Origin: Phoronis australis
Taxonomy: Eukaryota; Animalia; Phoronida
Direction: 5' to 3'
NCBI GenBank assembly: GCA_002633005.1
Contig: NMRA01000091.1
Coordinates: 78,275 to 142,274 of the forward strand
DNA length: 64,000 bases
Part shown: piece by piece, positions 1 through 12,766 of the stretch
Layout of the letters: the number at the start of each line of letters is the position of its first letter
How positions within the stretch are numbered: the stretch's first letter is position 1
Translations under genes and position numbers: made by a program
Notes under the pieces: generated by a model
The model's database searches: none
Told to the model about the DNA's origin: nothing
Seen by the model: only the letters and a program-made list of their open reading frames with translations

Positions 1-582
1 TTTTGGATGTCTTTCTTTACGCAGGCCGTTTCTGTAAGTGTTTCAATGAACACCGTCACCTTTCTTCGCTCTTTAGGATTTGAAGACCATATTCTTTTTG
101 TCACGTCTCCGATGTTCGTCATTGTTACGATAACCGTGTTTGTTTTCTGTGCAGCATCCGACTACATCCACTCTCGGTGTGGGATCCGCTACAGCGTGTG
201 CATATTTGCGCTCAACATCACGACGCTCTTGTGTCAGCTATTAATGGCTCTTTGCATGCAACAATACGTTTGGTTGGTTATTGGTTGTTGCTTGACTATA
301 TCGTGCGGTCAGGCTGGACTGTCTCTCATCCCAAGCCTGCTGTCGAACTATCTCGGCCTTGAGAATTTGGCGCGAAGTTTTGGTGCCTTTTTGATGCTCT
401 TTACAGTAGGATATATAGCACTTCAGAGGTCCTACGGGGCAATTTATGACTATCACACTGAAATTTCCGATGGCGGTCTGTGCCGTGGTCCAGACTGTCT
501 GCTTTGGATATTCATGCTGAATCTCATTTTGTCGCTGGTTTCCATCATCTTAAACTTTGTCTTATTGCTCAGAAAGTGGTAG
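1..582 (+). CDS. Major facilitator superfamily transporter, C-terminal half (NFD4/nodulin-like/MCH1-like); 5' part lies outside the window
   Basis: Frame is open from base 1 to TAG at 580-582. It has about six hydrophobic helices, a helix-8/9-type loop 'SDYIHSRCGIR', 'PSLLSNYLGLENLARSFG', and the C-terminal 'YGAIYD...CRGPDC' (G-x-x-YD...C-x-G-x-x-C) pattern typical of NFD4/MCH1-like MFS proteins. Confidence 0.85.
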   Translation, partial: FWMSFFTQAVSVSVSMNTVTFLRSLGFEDHILFVTSPMFVIVTITVFVFCAASDYIHSRCGIRYSVCIFALNITTLLCQLLMALCMQQYVWLVIGCCLTISCGQAGLSLIPSLLSNYLGLENLARSFGAFLMLFTVGYIALQRSYGAIYDYHTEISDGGLCRGPDCLLWIFMLNLILSLVSIILNFVLLLRKW

Positions 583-922
583 CTGTTGAACTTGGCAATT
601 CAACTATTTCTTAATTTTTAAGTTCACGGAATTCTTCAAAGTTCATTATCGTGTTAGTCTTAACCGGATCACAAAATTGTGCATTGCACTGTTTTCTGTG
701 ATTAATCGTATGGCAGCAGTGCTGGATTGATTTTACTTCAGAAAACATTGCTTCATAGGTCTACCATCGACACATTTTCTACATGTATAAGCGTGCTCTG
801 TAACAGAAACTCTCAAGCCATTGCTGTTTTAATACTAACACCATTTACTTCTCATTCAAATGCGTTTCTGTAACAACAAATTGGCTTTCAAACTGACTTG
901 AACACAGCTGTCATTTTATGGA

Positions 923-928
923 AATAAA
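923..928 (+). promoter_or_regulatory. Candidate polyadenylation signal (AATAAA) of the MFS gene
   Basis: AATAAA about 340 nt downstream of the stop codon, in an AT-rich 3'UTR-like tract. Confidence 0.4.
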
Positions 929-2647
929 TTCTGGAGCAAAACGTTATGAACACTGAATATTTACGAACAGGTAGCATTTCCCGCAAAAATAGTGCAAGTC
1001 ACAAGGGGTGTGCTTTTCATAATTCTTGCCTTTAGTTTTTGAAGTCCACTCAGCGCTAAATTACGTCAAGCAGAAATTGTAAACTTCCAACAGAAATAAT
1101 TAATGACGCTAGTGAGAAGTCAATGAAATCTCGATCCTTGGCTTTATGGTGGCACTCGATAGTTTTTTGAGCCACGATTAAAATGGCCTCCCTACTTTAC
1201 TACTGGTTGGCTTAGCTTTTCAAGTTTTGTTCTACATGTGAAGGCTGCGAATAGCATTTGCTTGATTTTTGAGTCTGTTAGAAGTGAAATATTAGCAGTT
1301 CATGGTCCCTTGATCCACGTAATTACCCAGTCGTGGCTTTTCTTAGACCTTTACTATTGCAAGTGGGAAGTTGAAATTAAGCAGGAAATTCAGATACTCG
1401 GCCTTCAAACACTTTGGATTTAAAAAAAACTGGGAGATCGACATCCACTTTTCACGTGATTTCTGTAATTTGGAGAATTTAGTTGCTAGTAACCGCATGC
1501 AAATGGTGGCTTTAGGGTGAAAATGCTGAATTGGCGTTTTTTGCTTCTTTTTAAATACCGGGATGCACTTTCGGTAGTCGTAAAGGATAAGAAAATTGAC
1601 TGTGGAAACAATTTCAATTGATTCATGCAAGGTTTTTAAAGTCTTTGGCCCTGTATACTGTTCGTATTTTCAGGTTGTGTGCATCCTGTGAAACAGACTG
1701 TTGCTTCCAAAACCTGGGTTTTGAAGCCCAAATCATCAAAAACTGTTGAGTGCAACCTATCACCTGAAATTATGAGTTTGAACTCGTCGTCCATAAAAAA
1801 CACAAGTTCATCTCAAAACATGACCCAAAGATGGCGCTGCGTGGCGCTTAAAGTCAGCATCCCTGTTTGCTAAATTGTATCATTAGTAATCCATGAAGTT
1901 ACCAAAAGTGAGAACAGTTTGGTATTTGAAATTATAATACTATCTTTTTCATAATTTAACGTTGCGTTGACAACCAAAACTACACCCTCGGCTAAACTTT
2001 GACATAGCCTGTTACCGTTCTTAATTAATTATATGTATGTTTGAATTACACAGGCTTCAACATAATCTATGTCATTTCTCAAAAATAACATGCGATATCT
2101 GAAGAAATTTCCTGAAGAAAGTAAATAAACAGATTTCTAAGTGTACAATGACTCGTAAGCAAGTAGAATTATCGAATATGTGCCTATTTAGGCTCAAACG
2201 CCTGCGTGTGAAGGCGCAAACATTTATGTGCGAAACACCGATAAACCCAACTAGCAACCTTTTGAAATACCATAATGTGCGTGAAACGTACCTTAACCGA
2301 TACATGGCGATACATCTTGACTTGTAAACGAAACGAATAGCAACGATTTCTATGAAAAGTGTCAAGAATTGACAAAAACGACAAATTAAGATGTGTGTCT
2401 TCCCACGTGATATACATTCATATTCTGAAGTTGTGCCTCACTAGCTCATGTGTTCACGCCATAAAGAAAATCTTCTGAGCACCCAAAACACGTAACAGAC
2501 TCGAATACGATAAAAATCGGATCTTCGCATAAATGTCGCAAAACGCGATAAAAGACACAATCTATACAATGGTGTACCGGCACAATGATACACCAAATAT
2601 CGGCGGATTCTTTTCTACAGTTATGTACTGTAATCTGTGAAGTCGAG

Positions 2648-2808
2648 CTACGGCAATCGTACAATACCACGCCTCTCATTACTGACCACGTATATACATG
2701 TAGAGGTGACACTGTCCTCGGCACACAAATGTATTGGAAAAGAGCTGTTTCTCCGTCTGACTGGATGAGAAGAGGTGTCATTTGACATCTCCAGTCTCTC
2801 GCTTTCAA
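2648..2808 (-). CDS. Candidate terminal coding exon of an unidentified minus-strand gene
   Basis: Acceptor cttcttcag| followed by a phase-1 frame xESERLEMSNDTSSHPVRRRNSSFPIHLCAEDSVTSTCIYVVSNERRGIVRLP*. The phase-0 frame is also open. No homology recognised. Confidence 0.25.
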
Positions 2809-5800
2809 CTGAAGAAGCGGACTTTCAATACGATCGTCTTTTAGAATTATCGGCTTCCATTTATGAGCTGACATTCTGCCAGATGTTTGTCCTTTTCTTA
2901 TGAATTTCTTACGTGTATTCACACGGGCTCAAGCTCAGTGTAGGGAGTACACAGTGCATTGTTGGCAGTGGTATGGATGTATTTGAATGAGAAATGGAAT
3001 GTCATTTGATTTCAACGAATCCAGTGCCAAAGTGTCAATTAGAAACTAATCATTGAGTGTAAAATGACTCAAGTAGCCCCGTAACAGTCCGATTTTCCAA
3101 TTAACTCAAATCACAAAATAAATTGAAGCTCCCGGAGGTAGTCAAAGTTTTTAGTGAAGGGTAGGAGTGTGAGGTTTCCATATCTTGGGCGATATTCATG
3201 GCTAAAATGAAAAACTTCAAACAGTGTTTACGCCAGAGATATGATTGTACCACAGGTTTACATCAGGAGGGTTTAAACAAGATCCACATGTATACTTCGT
3301 GTGGAAGAAGTCCAATGTTTATTTTTTGTTAGCTGGAGTCGTTCGATTTGTCGACTTTTCAAATCAAGTCATTATTCGTACCTTTCTGAGTATTATCAGA
3401 CTGAAACTTTATATTAAACAAAACTAGTGGTATCCCATCCCGTTCTTATACCCTCTTAATATTAACTCCCTATATCTGTATCAGAATATTGAAAAAAATG
3501 CACCTGACCTCGACACGTCCCTGCATTGATTGCTCCCCTCGGGGGTTGTAGCCTCATTAGTTAATCGACTATCTCGTTCGCCACTCTGCTGACATGATGT
3601 CGCAATTACTCGACGCCTGAAGCCCGAACTTCACTGGAGACCAGATGATAGTCGCGTGTCAGTGTTTATGTTGTCTCAGTAGTACCCAGTAAATGTTTTA
3701 TCCTCACCAGGTTCAATTATAATTGAAACAAATCAGCTCCCGTTTGCCACAAGTCCCGTCTTCGGCAGTTGTTGTATGACAAGCGTACATGTTCTCTATT
3801 CTTGAAAACAAAACAAAACACGGTCTTGGGATAATCACAACAAATCGACGCCAGCAATATCGGGTTTCGGTTTGCATGCGTAGGGTTTAAAATTGGGAAT
3901 ATGCGCTAACCGACCGACGCTCTTAAAGGCACTCATCCCTCTAATTTCACCAGTTAAAATCACAGAGTGAAGTTCATTAATCGAAAGATATAACCAAAGT
4001 AAAAGTATTTCTTAAGTTACATGTATTTGGGGGTTTTGCTGGATATTAATTAAAAAGCGAAGTTCATTACTTGTTTATTGATTTGTTTATGCACTCAGTC
4101 ATGCACACTCACATTCAACCAGGGGGGGCATAAAAACTGGAAAAAATGCGTAAATACTAAGCTATGAGGGACGCACCTTTCATCGAACAAACGATGTTTA
4201 CAATTCTGAAGGAAAATAAACTTTTGAACGTTATAGTGATCTGATACTTCTCTTGTTTGGACTTGACAAAACAAGATCTGGGCTGGGTTGCACAAAACTT
4301 CAAAATTATTCGCTGGAAAAGTTGCATGTCTTCAGGTGCATTGTTTAACAATAACAGCGTGACTCGTCATAATGCGACGTCATTGTTGCTATACGGCGTA
4401 TAACTTTTATGCAACTGGGTCCTGGAATTATTAAGTTTGTAAATATGAATTGCCAAGACACGAAACAAGATTAATAATTACACGTGTATGTACCGTATGG
4501 TATACTAAATTTGACACAAAACCTTGGGTCAAGTGAAGTTCCTTACCTTTCCACGGCGAGTGTTATTTGTTGATGGAACACAAGAAATTCAAATACTTAT
4601 GTCTGATTATTTTGAAAACATTCCATTACGTTTTCACTGAGCATCAGTTGGAATAAGTTTAAACTAGATTCAGTCATGATTAAATTCTTTTATGTTATAA
4701 GTTTTTGACAGATAAGAAGCGAAAAGACTACCTTTGTTTACGAAACAACCCGACTACAACGCCGATGCCGAGATGAACCTATATAAAAACAGGACTAATT
4801 CCGAAACAATTTGCGGGTTCAATTCACATGGAAACGAAACATCCACTTTAACTACTGTAGGATACTTGGTAAGCGGTTATTTGAATGTTGAAAAATAAAT
4901 TGCTGTTAAGTGCAACATGATAATGTCATTTTTGTATAAATACACCCTTAAAACACTGTCAAAACCTTTATAGGTGGAGCTAAGTCTATAATGAATTTCA
5001 AAACACGGGAATGTTTATAAATAAACGTAAGTCTTCCTGATTAGCTGCAATGATACAAACAAACAACCTCTCTCCTTACCAAGTATACCTTGGTTTCATT
5101 TCCGTCAAAAACTAAATTAAATGTAACTCGATACCACGTGAACTGATATCTTGTGGAGGTTTGTTTACAGGATTCTACATTTTACAAATTTGCAGTGATT
5201 GGCTTTGATTGAGAAAACTAATTAAATCATGCGTTTGGTGTGTTTCTATCAATAAAAATCAATCGTAATCATTCGGGTGTACCGAAAAGTCAAGATTAAA
5301 GGTATTTCTGGTCGTCGAATAAATATTCACATGTTTGGGTGACTTTACGGAAACTAGTCAACTACATATGACACGTGTTCGACTGTGCTGAATCGTTTTA
5401 AAAGGAATAAATAAACCTGAGAGCATACAGGGGTCTACATGCGCGAATTTAAAACCCAAATAAAATTCAACCATAATTCAGATAGGAAATAGAAACTGGT
5501 GCTGATTCAATAAAACTTCTGCATGTGGCGAATTATCTCTTTCCCAACACTGATAATCAAGTCAAATGCACAATTTTTGTTTCACCACGGGACCTACACG
5601 TCACTTAATCAATCCACTGCTCCACAATGCCTAATGTGAGCATGTACATGAAGAGAAGTGTACGCACACAACTTCCAATGGAGGATTCGTCCATTTTCAC
5701 TGCAACAGTTGGGTACAAACTGTGACTCTACAAAATGTGCAGGCACTGGTGGCCTTGAGACATCCACTTTAAAACGGGTACGTGAAAAATTGCAGGAAGT

Positions 5801-6703
5801 AACAAAAGATTATAAAAACAAACGGAAAAAAAAGAAAGCCACAAATCTGATGCACCTAAGTGGGCTAATTCTTCGTGTTAACAACATCGATTGCCTGTTA
5901 ATTTGTGTTGAAATAGAATGGATTTTTATCCGTATTATTCACGGTATTATTGTCGTTGTCTCTCATTATGACTAATAATGACATCGTTCCCTATTCGATT
6001 TACATAGGAAGATGTGATACTATGCAGAATAGGCCTGCTCACATCTTGGCTGAAGCGATGATGCAATTAAATGAATTACTGTGGTGGAATTAGAGACATT
6101 GAATTCGAAAAAACTATCGGAACATTTAGTCGATGAAATGTAATGGACACTGACATGTTGATACCGGTGATTAAAGATAATCAGGGGATCGCCATGACTT
6201 ACACGACGAGGTCAGCACTGAATTAAAACCAGATTTCACATAAAATGAGTAACAAAGAACGCGGTGGCCAATCAAACGAAGCGCGCTACGTCTCACAGAG
6301 GGCGAACGGAAAAAAAACATGTTAAATGTGATTGAACGGAGTGCCCCGAATGAAATTAAACAAAAAGATAATTGAGAAGAATATGGTTCACCTAGGTGAT
6401 GAAAACATCTGTTGTTTGACCTAAGAATTTATCACCGCGCATGAGTTACCAGAATTCGCAAGTGAGCGGACGAGGGAGTTGTAGCGATGTGAAAACATGC
6501 GTGAATTTAACTTGTAATTTGTTTCGATTTTGAGATAATAGACCTACTCGTAGATTTGGTGAGCAATGTGTAAACGGGTAAGTACTTCTCCCGCAATAAC
6601 AAATTGCGTAAGGCCCCTACCGTATGCTACGTTTTTTGCGTCATCGATGAGAAGGGAGTCGTGATATTTTATCATAAACTTAAGCTTCCCGCATTTCGTG
6701 ACA

Positions 6704-6832
6704 GGAGGAGGAGGGAGGGAGGGAAGGAGGGACGAACGGACGGACGGATGGAAAGAAGGAGGGAGGGAGGGAGGGAGGGAAGGAGGGACGAACGAGCGGA
6801 TAGATGGAAAGAGGGACGGAGGGAGGGAGGAA
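6704..6832. repeat. Degenerate (GGAG/GGAC)n purine-rich microsatellite
   Basis: Directly visible; it explains ORFs 6544..6855 and 6604..6897. Confidence 0.9.
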
Positions 6833-7700
6833 GAACTGGTGTTATCACCCCTCATCTAACACTCCTACCCGCATCGACCAATTTGTTTGTACAGTGATAC
6901 ATGTATTATGCTTCTCACGCGTTTGCCCATAAGCAATAAATTTGGCTGTCGCTATTAACGCAAGTCGAATATAGGGAACTGCTCATGGGGGAGAGTGGGT
7001 AGCAGTGTTGATTTTTGTGATGTAACAATTATGATACAGGCCTTTACGTTTGACCAATTTTCCCTTTTGTCGTTCCATACAAAAATCTTCAGACTATTTA
7101 GGAGAATCGTAGAAACCAAAAAGACTAGAATTGTTAAATTTCACCCGTCAGTGTCATTGTCATTAGATTTTTGTTGTTACTTTTTACATAAAAAGGCTTT
7201 TGCAACTTAAGTGAATAAAATTCTTCAGAAATTTGAAAGTCTAAATCCTAACTGCACGCGAAGTGTTTCAATAGCGTAAAGCCAGGCGGGTGTCTTATAA
7301 ATAACACACACTGACTGCATAACTAGTATAAACGATAACGTCGACTTATCAAACAGAACCACTGAACTACATGTACATAACAAAGTCCGAATACATTATT
7401 GCCTACGTTTGATCAGGCAAGAATGATATCTGAAATCAAAAAGATGTAGCACTACAGGATGACATGACATGTGTTGCTATCAATTCTCCATCCACACTAG
7501 TGCTGAATCGATCAAGAGTCTCTGCACGGACAACTGTTGAGCTCCCGAGTAGGCATATCGCTGTCTCACACTCTCTCCATCAGGTGGACATAACGTAGCT
7601 AGACTATGAGGTTTCACCGTCTTGTGCAAGAGGCAGGTAATTTTGGTTGGCCTCGACTTATCGTAAATCGTTTATTATATCAGTCATTATAGAACCACAT

Positions 7701-7778
7701 GGAGAGGGGGAGGGAGGGGAAGAGAGAGGGAGAGAGGNGAGAGGGAGAGAGGGAGAGAGGGAGAGAGGGAGAGAAGGA
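7701..7778. repeat. (GGGAGAGA)n-type GA microsatellite
   Basis: Directly visible; contains one N. Confidence 0.9.
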
Positions 7779-8569
7779 ACAAATACATTGAGAACACGGT
7801 GCAGAAATTCGACAATATATTGGTTAGTTAGTTTTTGCATGAACAATTGTTTGTTTAAGAGAATATGCAAATGTTTAATTCAAGAATTAGGGTTTGTTGA
7901 ACAAAGGTGGACACCTCACTCAATTTCTGCTTAAAAATTACGTGTAAGTCGTCACAAACCACGTCAACAGGCTATAAAATGTGTCGTAAGAGAGTAAGCA
8001 TAAACATAAATCGGGCAGGTGGTGAACTATGCTTTATAACTATGTACACGTAGCACGTGTTAAGAACACTATTGGCAGACGGGGTCACAGAATTGAGTTA
8101 ACCATTGACAACCAACATATGTTTTAGGTAACTGAACTTGTTTTATACAGGCTAAACACGTTGTTAGGGATTGGGCTATTTATAAATTGACGCAAAAAGT
8201 AATCCTTTAAAATGTTCCTAATAAAGTCTATTTTTGTTTGACTGGTTTGATCTCTAATTGATCGGCTTGTACATTGTAACTTTGGTGTAAACAAAAGCTT
8301 CGCAGAATGCGTCTACCAAGAGCTTGGTCTAAATAAAACTACAGCCTTTTTGATAATTGGAGTTTTACAGGTTCTGATGGTGTGTATCCCTATGCAGGCG
8401 TGATTGTGTTTCCTATGGTTTATTAAATGTTTGACGATGAGTTAGTTCAGTCTGTATTTAAATGAGGTTAATCTTTGCCTGGCGTCAAGGTTAGAGAAGA
8501 CAATATCGAGATCAAGTCAATCCGAAAGCACGTGCAAGGAAAGTCGTGTTCCAGAACACACTAAATCAG

Positions 8570-8965
8570 GGCCCGGTCTCCAGTCTTTTTACTCGAAATG
8601 GAACTCGAAATTAGGTTTGGCATTTTCTACTCTTTTTTGGGCAAACTCAAGATAAGTGTCTATTATTCTATGCTCGAGTACACAATAACTTACGTAGATA
8701 ATTTATTGGTCTTGGTTCACAGTTTGTAAACCCAATATTAAAGCAATAAGTTCGAGTTTGAACTCGAAATTTCGAGTTTTTACTCGAGATTGTAGCACGA
8801 ATATAAGGGTCTTCAAGGGCAAACTTGAACTAGAAACTCGTATGCATAAACTATAATGTATTCGAGCACAGTCTGATAACCAATTCAAGTTCGCAAAAAA
8901 GGAGCAGAGAAATTGCAAAAAATAGTTTCGAGTTCGTTTCGAGTACAAAGATTAGAAACCGGGCC
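8570..8965 (+). mobile_element. Non-autonomous TIR element (MITE), PIF/Harbinger-like, copy 1
   Basis: Imperfect TIRs GGCCCGGTCTCCAGTCTTTTTACTCGAAA.../...TTTCGAGTACAAAGATTAGAAACCGGGCC. Flanks cag/ctt. A closely similar inverted copy lies at 10682-11082. Confidence 0.9.
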
Positions 8966-9273
8966 CTTATTTCAAAACGATGGAAGATTTTCTGGGGAAT
9001 TCAAAGTTGTATTTCTCCTGGGACCCCTCTCTGGCAAGGGATGAAGTAGTCATCTGTCGCTCTCTTTTTTCCGTTTTTTCAAATCGTATATAATTTCATA
9101 TAAATCCCAGCTCTTGGCGGGTTCCACTGACGGAACCATTGGCTATCATTGCCTCGTTTTTCTTTTTTATTTCACTTTTATTAATGGGCTCCAATGATGA
9201 AATAAATTGCTCCTTTTCCCCTGTTTTATGTGGAATCGTACGTCATCATTTTTAATTTGGGAGACGCGATGGA

Positions 9274-9426
9274 CTAAACTTTGACTCCTTTCATGTTTAG
9301 CCTTTCAAATTCACTGCGTCTAGAGGGAGCGGGATTCCTTTCATACTGAGGAACTCCTATCAGACGAAATCCTCTTTTGGAGGAACAGCAGGGTGCAATT
9401 GTCTCGTATAAATCCGCCACTGTCAC
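9274..9426 (-). CDS. Candidate terminal exon between the two inverted MITEs
   Basis: Acceptor ttcttgtcatgaatag|. Phase 0 reads VTVADLYETIAPCCSSKRGFRLIGVPQYERNPAPSRRSEFERLNMKGVKV*; phase 1 reads xDSGGFIRDNCTLLFLQKRISSDRSSSV*. Two minus-strand AATAAA follow at 9177-9182 and 9166-9171. Confidence 0.3.
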   Translation of the reverse strand: MTVADLYETIAPCCSSKRGFRLIGVPQYERNPAPSRRSEFERLNMKGVKV

Positions 9427-10508
9427 CTATTCATGACAAGAAATTATTATAAGAAATGGCAAATTTGGCTAGAGAATTTTTGATGCGAAGTACACTCGGA
9501 TGAAAACAACCAAGAGCACGGAACAGCATTAAAACAATAACTTCGTGACTGACAGGAATCGAAACACACTGAAACACCTTGAAGACCAGTATTGCCGATG
9601 GTGCTTTTTCCCGACGAATGCCAAACTTTTGAAAATCGTTACGTATTAGGAAAGCATTCATTGATGAAGAGCTAGGACTGGCATACTACCAGATGAAAAG
9701 GAAGTTATTCGAACAAAACACTGCAACGCGCATGTCTGACAGATTAATGCGCTTGAAGATTTCGGCGATTTTGGAGTTCAAACTTAACTCATAAACCGTG
9801 GCAAGCTACATGTATCAATGAAATGAACCAGAATTCTTGCTAAGACATGAGATGCCCGGTCTCCAGTGATCTCCCAACTGTCCGTCAAGTGCATGTATCT
9901 GGACACATCGCTTCGGGAAGTGTCTAAAATTTCAAACCGTGAATTACGGATTTGAAAAGTCTTACAACTTAACGACCGTAGTTGTCTTCAGTTCTCATAT
10001 TGCATTGCTACTGTGATAGCCCAACATATCAAGGTAATTTTCTTTTGTTTACTTACAACGGCTCTGATTAACGTGATCATTTCAATTGTAATCTCGTCTG
10101 TAGTTGCTGGTATTTTAGCGAACTTTGATGCGCGCTGAAATTCCGTATCCTCATATTTCAAGGAGCACTAGGTGATATTTGAAAGTCTGACGAAATTTGG
10201 GCAGTTTAGTGTCATTTCGGGTATCCATTTTCAACACTGTATTTTGATACAAGGTTTTGTAAATATATTTTATTTACTTTCTCCTGCTGGCTCTATTTGT
10301 CTTATTATTCCAGTGGTAGCAAGATGTATCACCATTTTAGTTCTCTGACTTTGTTTACTTGTATACAGAATGATTACTTATTTAGAAAGTTTTGTAACAT
10401 CTGTTCATTGCCTACTATGCAGCTGGTATATTAATAAACATTTCAATTCCCGCGGAGTAATCGTCGTTAAAGGCACTGTTCCAAGGCTGACAGATCTCCT
10501 GTTACGTG

Positions 10509-10653
10509 ATCATCCTCTTCATCTTTCCGTTCCTCATCACCACTATCACCATCGTCGAAATAATCGTCAGCAGCCTCTCCATCACCATTATCTCCACCAC
10601 CGTCACCACGACCACGTGACCACCATCATAGCCATAGCAAATAGCATCAGCAT
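10509..10653. repeat. Degenerate (CAT/CAC)n trinucleotide repeat
   Basis: Directly visible; it produces the His-rich stretch of ORF 10370..10762. Confidence 0.8.
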
Positions 10654-10681
10654 CGAGTTATCGGGGAACCTTGGCTCCCAG

Positions 10682-11082
10682 GGCCCGGTCTCTAATATTT
10701 GTACTCGAAACGAACTCGAAACTATTTTTGTCAATTTCTCTGCTCCTTTTGTGCGAACTTGAGATAATTGGTTATCAGACTGTGCTCGAATACATTATAG
10801 TTTATGCATAGGAGTTTCTAGTTCAAGTTTGCCCTTGAAGACCCTTATATTCGTGCTACAATCTCGAGTAAAAACTCGAAATTTCGAGTTCAAACTCGAA
10901 CTTATTGCTTTAATATTGTGTTTACAAACTGTGAACTAAGGGCAATAAATTATCTACCTAAGTTATTGTGTACTCGAGTATAGAATAATAGACACTTATC
11001 TTGAGTTCGCCCAAAAGTAGAGTAGAAAATGCCAAACCTAATTTCGAGTTCCATTTCAAGTAAAAAGATTGGAGACCGGGCC
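10682..11082 (-). mobile_element. Non-autonomous TIR element (MITE), PIF/Harbinger-like, copy 2 (inverted relative to copy 1)
   Basis: TIRs GGCCCGGTCTC...GAGACCGGGCC with a 3-bp TSD CAG at 10679-10681 and 11083-11085. A 3-bp TSD and GGCC-type termini fit PIF/Harbinger. Confidence 0.9.
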
Positions 11083-12591
11083 CAGGTTGCGTGAGAATGA
11101 CCTCTTTCCGAAGTCACGTTTCATTGTTTCTACACCTAGGTATAAATCTGGTGAAAGTAGCAGCTGGTGAGGAATTAGGAAGAATCACTGTATGGGCTTA
11201 GTGAATGCCAAGGTTGATCACATATTGGCTTAAATTCTTAAAAACACAAAACAGTAACTATGTTGACACACAAGTCACAACGGGTCAAATGTAGAGTGCA
11301 GAAGAAGCTACACCAACTAGGGAGAGCAGGTTGAGGCATAAAGACATCGTCTTGGCACACTGCCCTTTAGGGAGTTGCTCCTACCTGAAGAAGTCAGTTT
11401 ATGACTGTTTACCTCCAAAAGCATGCGGAGTATGTGTTGTTAAGCTGTAGGTCGTCGTTAGCCGAATGAAGTCGCGACAAGTTTTTGAAATAATATTCCT
11501 GATTCGGAGAGGTGCTCACAGAAGAAGCTTCCTTAAAGCACGTTTATCACGTTCAGAAGACAAGGGCATTTCTAGAGGTGTGTCAAAGATGAGGGATGTC
11601 CCTATGTCATGTGGCTGAAATATGACGGTTGGCATCACAACTCAAGCTACGGGACAATGTCCATGACGCTTATCTAAAAGAGTCCCTTTAATATGAAAAA
11701 TGGAAAAGAATCATCGGATGGCCCTCCAAGATGAGAACTTTAGTCAGATTGTACGATTTTACAAAAGAGGTAAAACAGAGCTGATTGCTTCAATCATTGG
11801 GTACCCCTCCGCGAGCGGAGGTGAAAAATAAAAAAGGAAAAGGGTGGCCATAGCGCACCGGGTACTCTTTGAGGATTGATGCTCCTCTGTAAGGTTCCTA
11901 ATTTATAGCAAGTGATTCACTGTTTCAAAAAAGGGAAAAAGAACGATAACTAACTCTATCGTTCTTACCAAACAAAAATACTATTTTGCATCCCCTAGTT
12001 CCCCTGCTCTCAGCCCCAGTTAGAATTCACTAAGAAGCTAAGCTCGCTTGAGATGTTCTTTTTTCTGTGTTTTGTCTGCTCCCCAGTTCTAAACTTTTAT
12101 CACCTTACATTGTAAATGGTGGATGGAAAACTATTCATCCTTGCAGAGTTGTTTTCCGGCTGGCGTCTTGGTTGGCGGCCAGGGATGAGTTCTGTAGACC
12201 GCAAGAATTTAACTTGCAATGGCGGCGAAAAATCTTTACTTATGGAACGGAAACATTAACTTCAATACCGTGATATGATTCAACACTCCAACCTCGCAGA
12301 ACAATCACTTCAGTGGCCGCCATTTTCCTAGGACATGTTAGTGAGCTCCCGATCATACTCGCTAAACACTCGCTTTTCAGTCGCCTCATTTTGCGAGGTC
12401 TTACGAGATCTTGCTTTTTTACGCGGAACGTTGTCTACGGAACTTCCCGATCTGTTCACCCCTGTGTTGGTCCATTCTCAATCATTTCACTGCCCACCGT
12501 CTACTGAACAAACCCTTCACTGCGCAAATGTTGAAAAACATCAATATGCGGTAATCCTTTTTTGTGTCAAATGTTGGGTTTAGATAAGTAA

Positions 12592-12766
12592 CAGGCCCGT
12601 AGCTCAAGGGGTTTGGGGGGTTCGATCGAACCTCCGCGGAAAAGGTCCAGCCCTAGCGTATACGTTAAAGATAGGATATAGATGAACAACAACAAGATTG
12701 TTGCAGGTATTGGTATTGCTCGAAATTCGAACCGCCCCCCGCTCATTGCTGGCTACGCGGGGCCTG
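12592..12766. mobile_element. CA...TG MITE with 5-bp TSD (AGTAA)
   Basis: Termini CAGGCCCGTAGC...GCTACGCGGGGCCTG; AGTAA on both sides; internal AAAAGGTCC motif. Confidence 0.8.

Noticed and set aside
6544-6897. Pro-rich and Arg/Gly/Glu-rich ORFs on both strands
   Set aside because: They are translations of a GGAG/GGAC microsatellite.
9411-9427. GDSGG peptide (serine-protease active-site-like) on the minus strand
   Set aside because: It is followed by F rather than P-L/V-x-C, has no other trypsin motifs, and the frame ends shortly afterwards; likely chance.
10370-10762. His-rich 130-aa ORF
   Set aside because: It is made of a CAT/CAC repeat and runs into a MITE.
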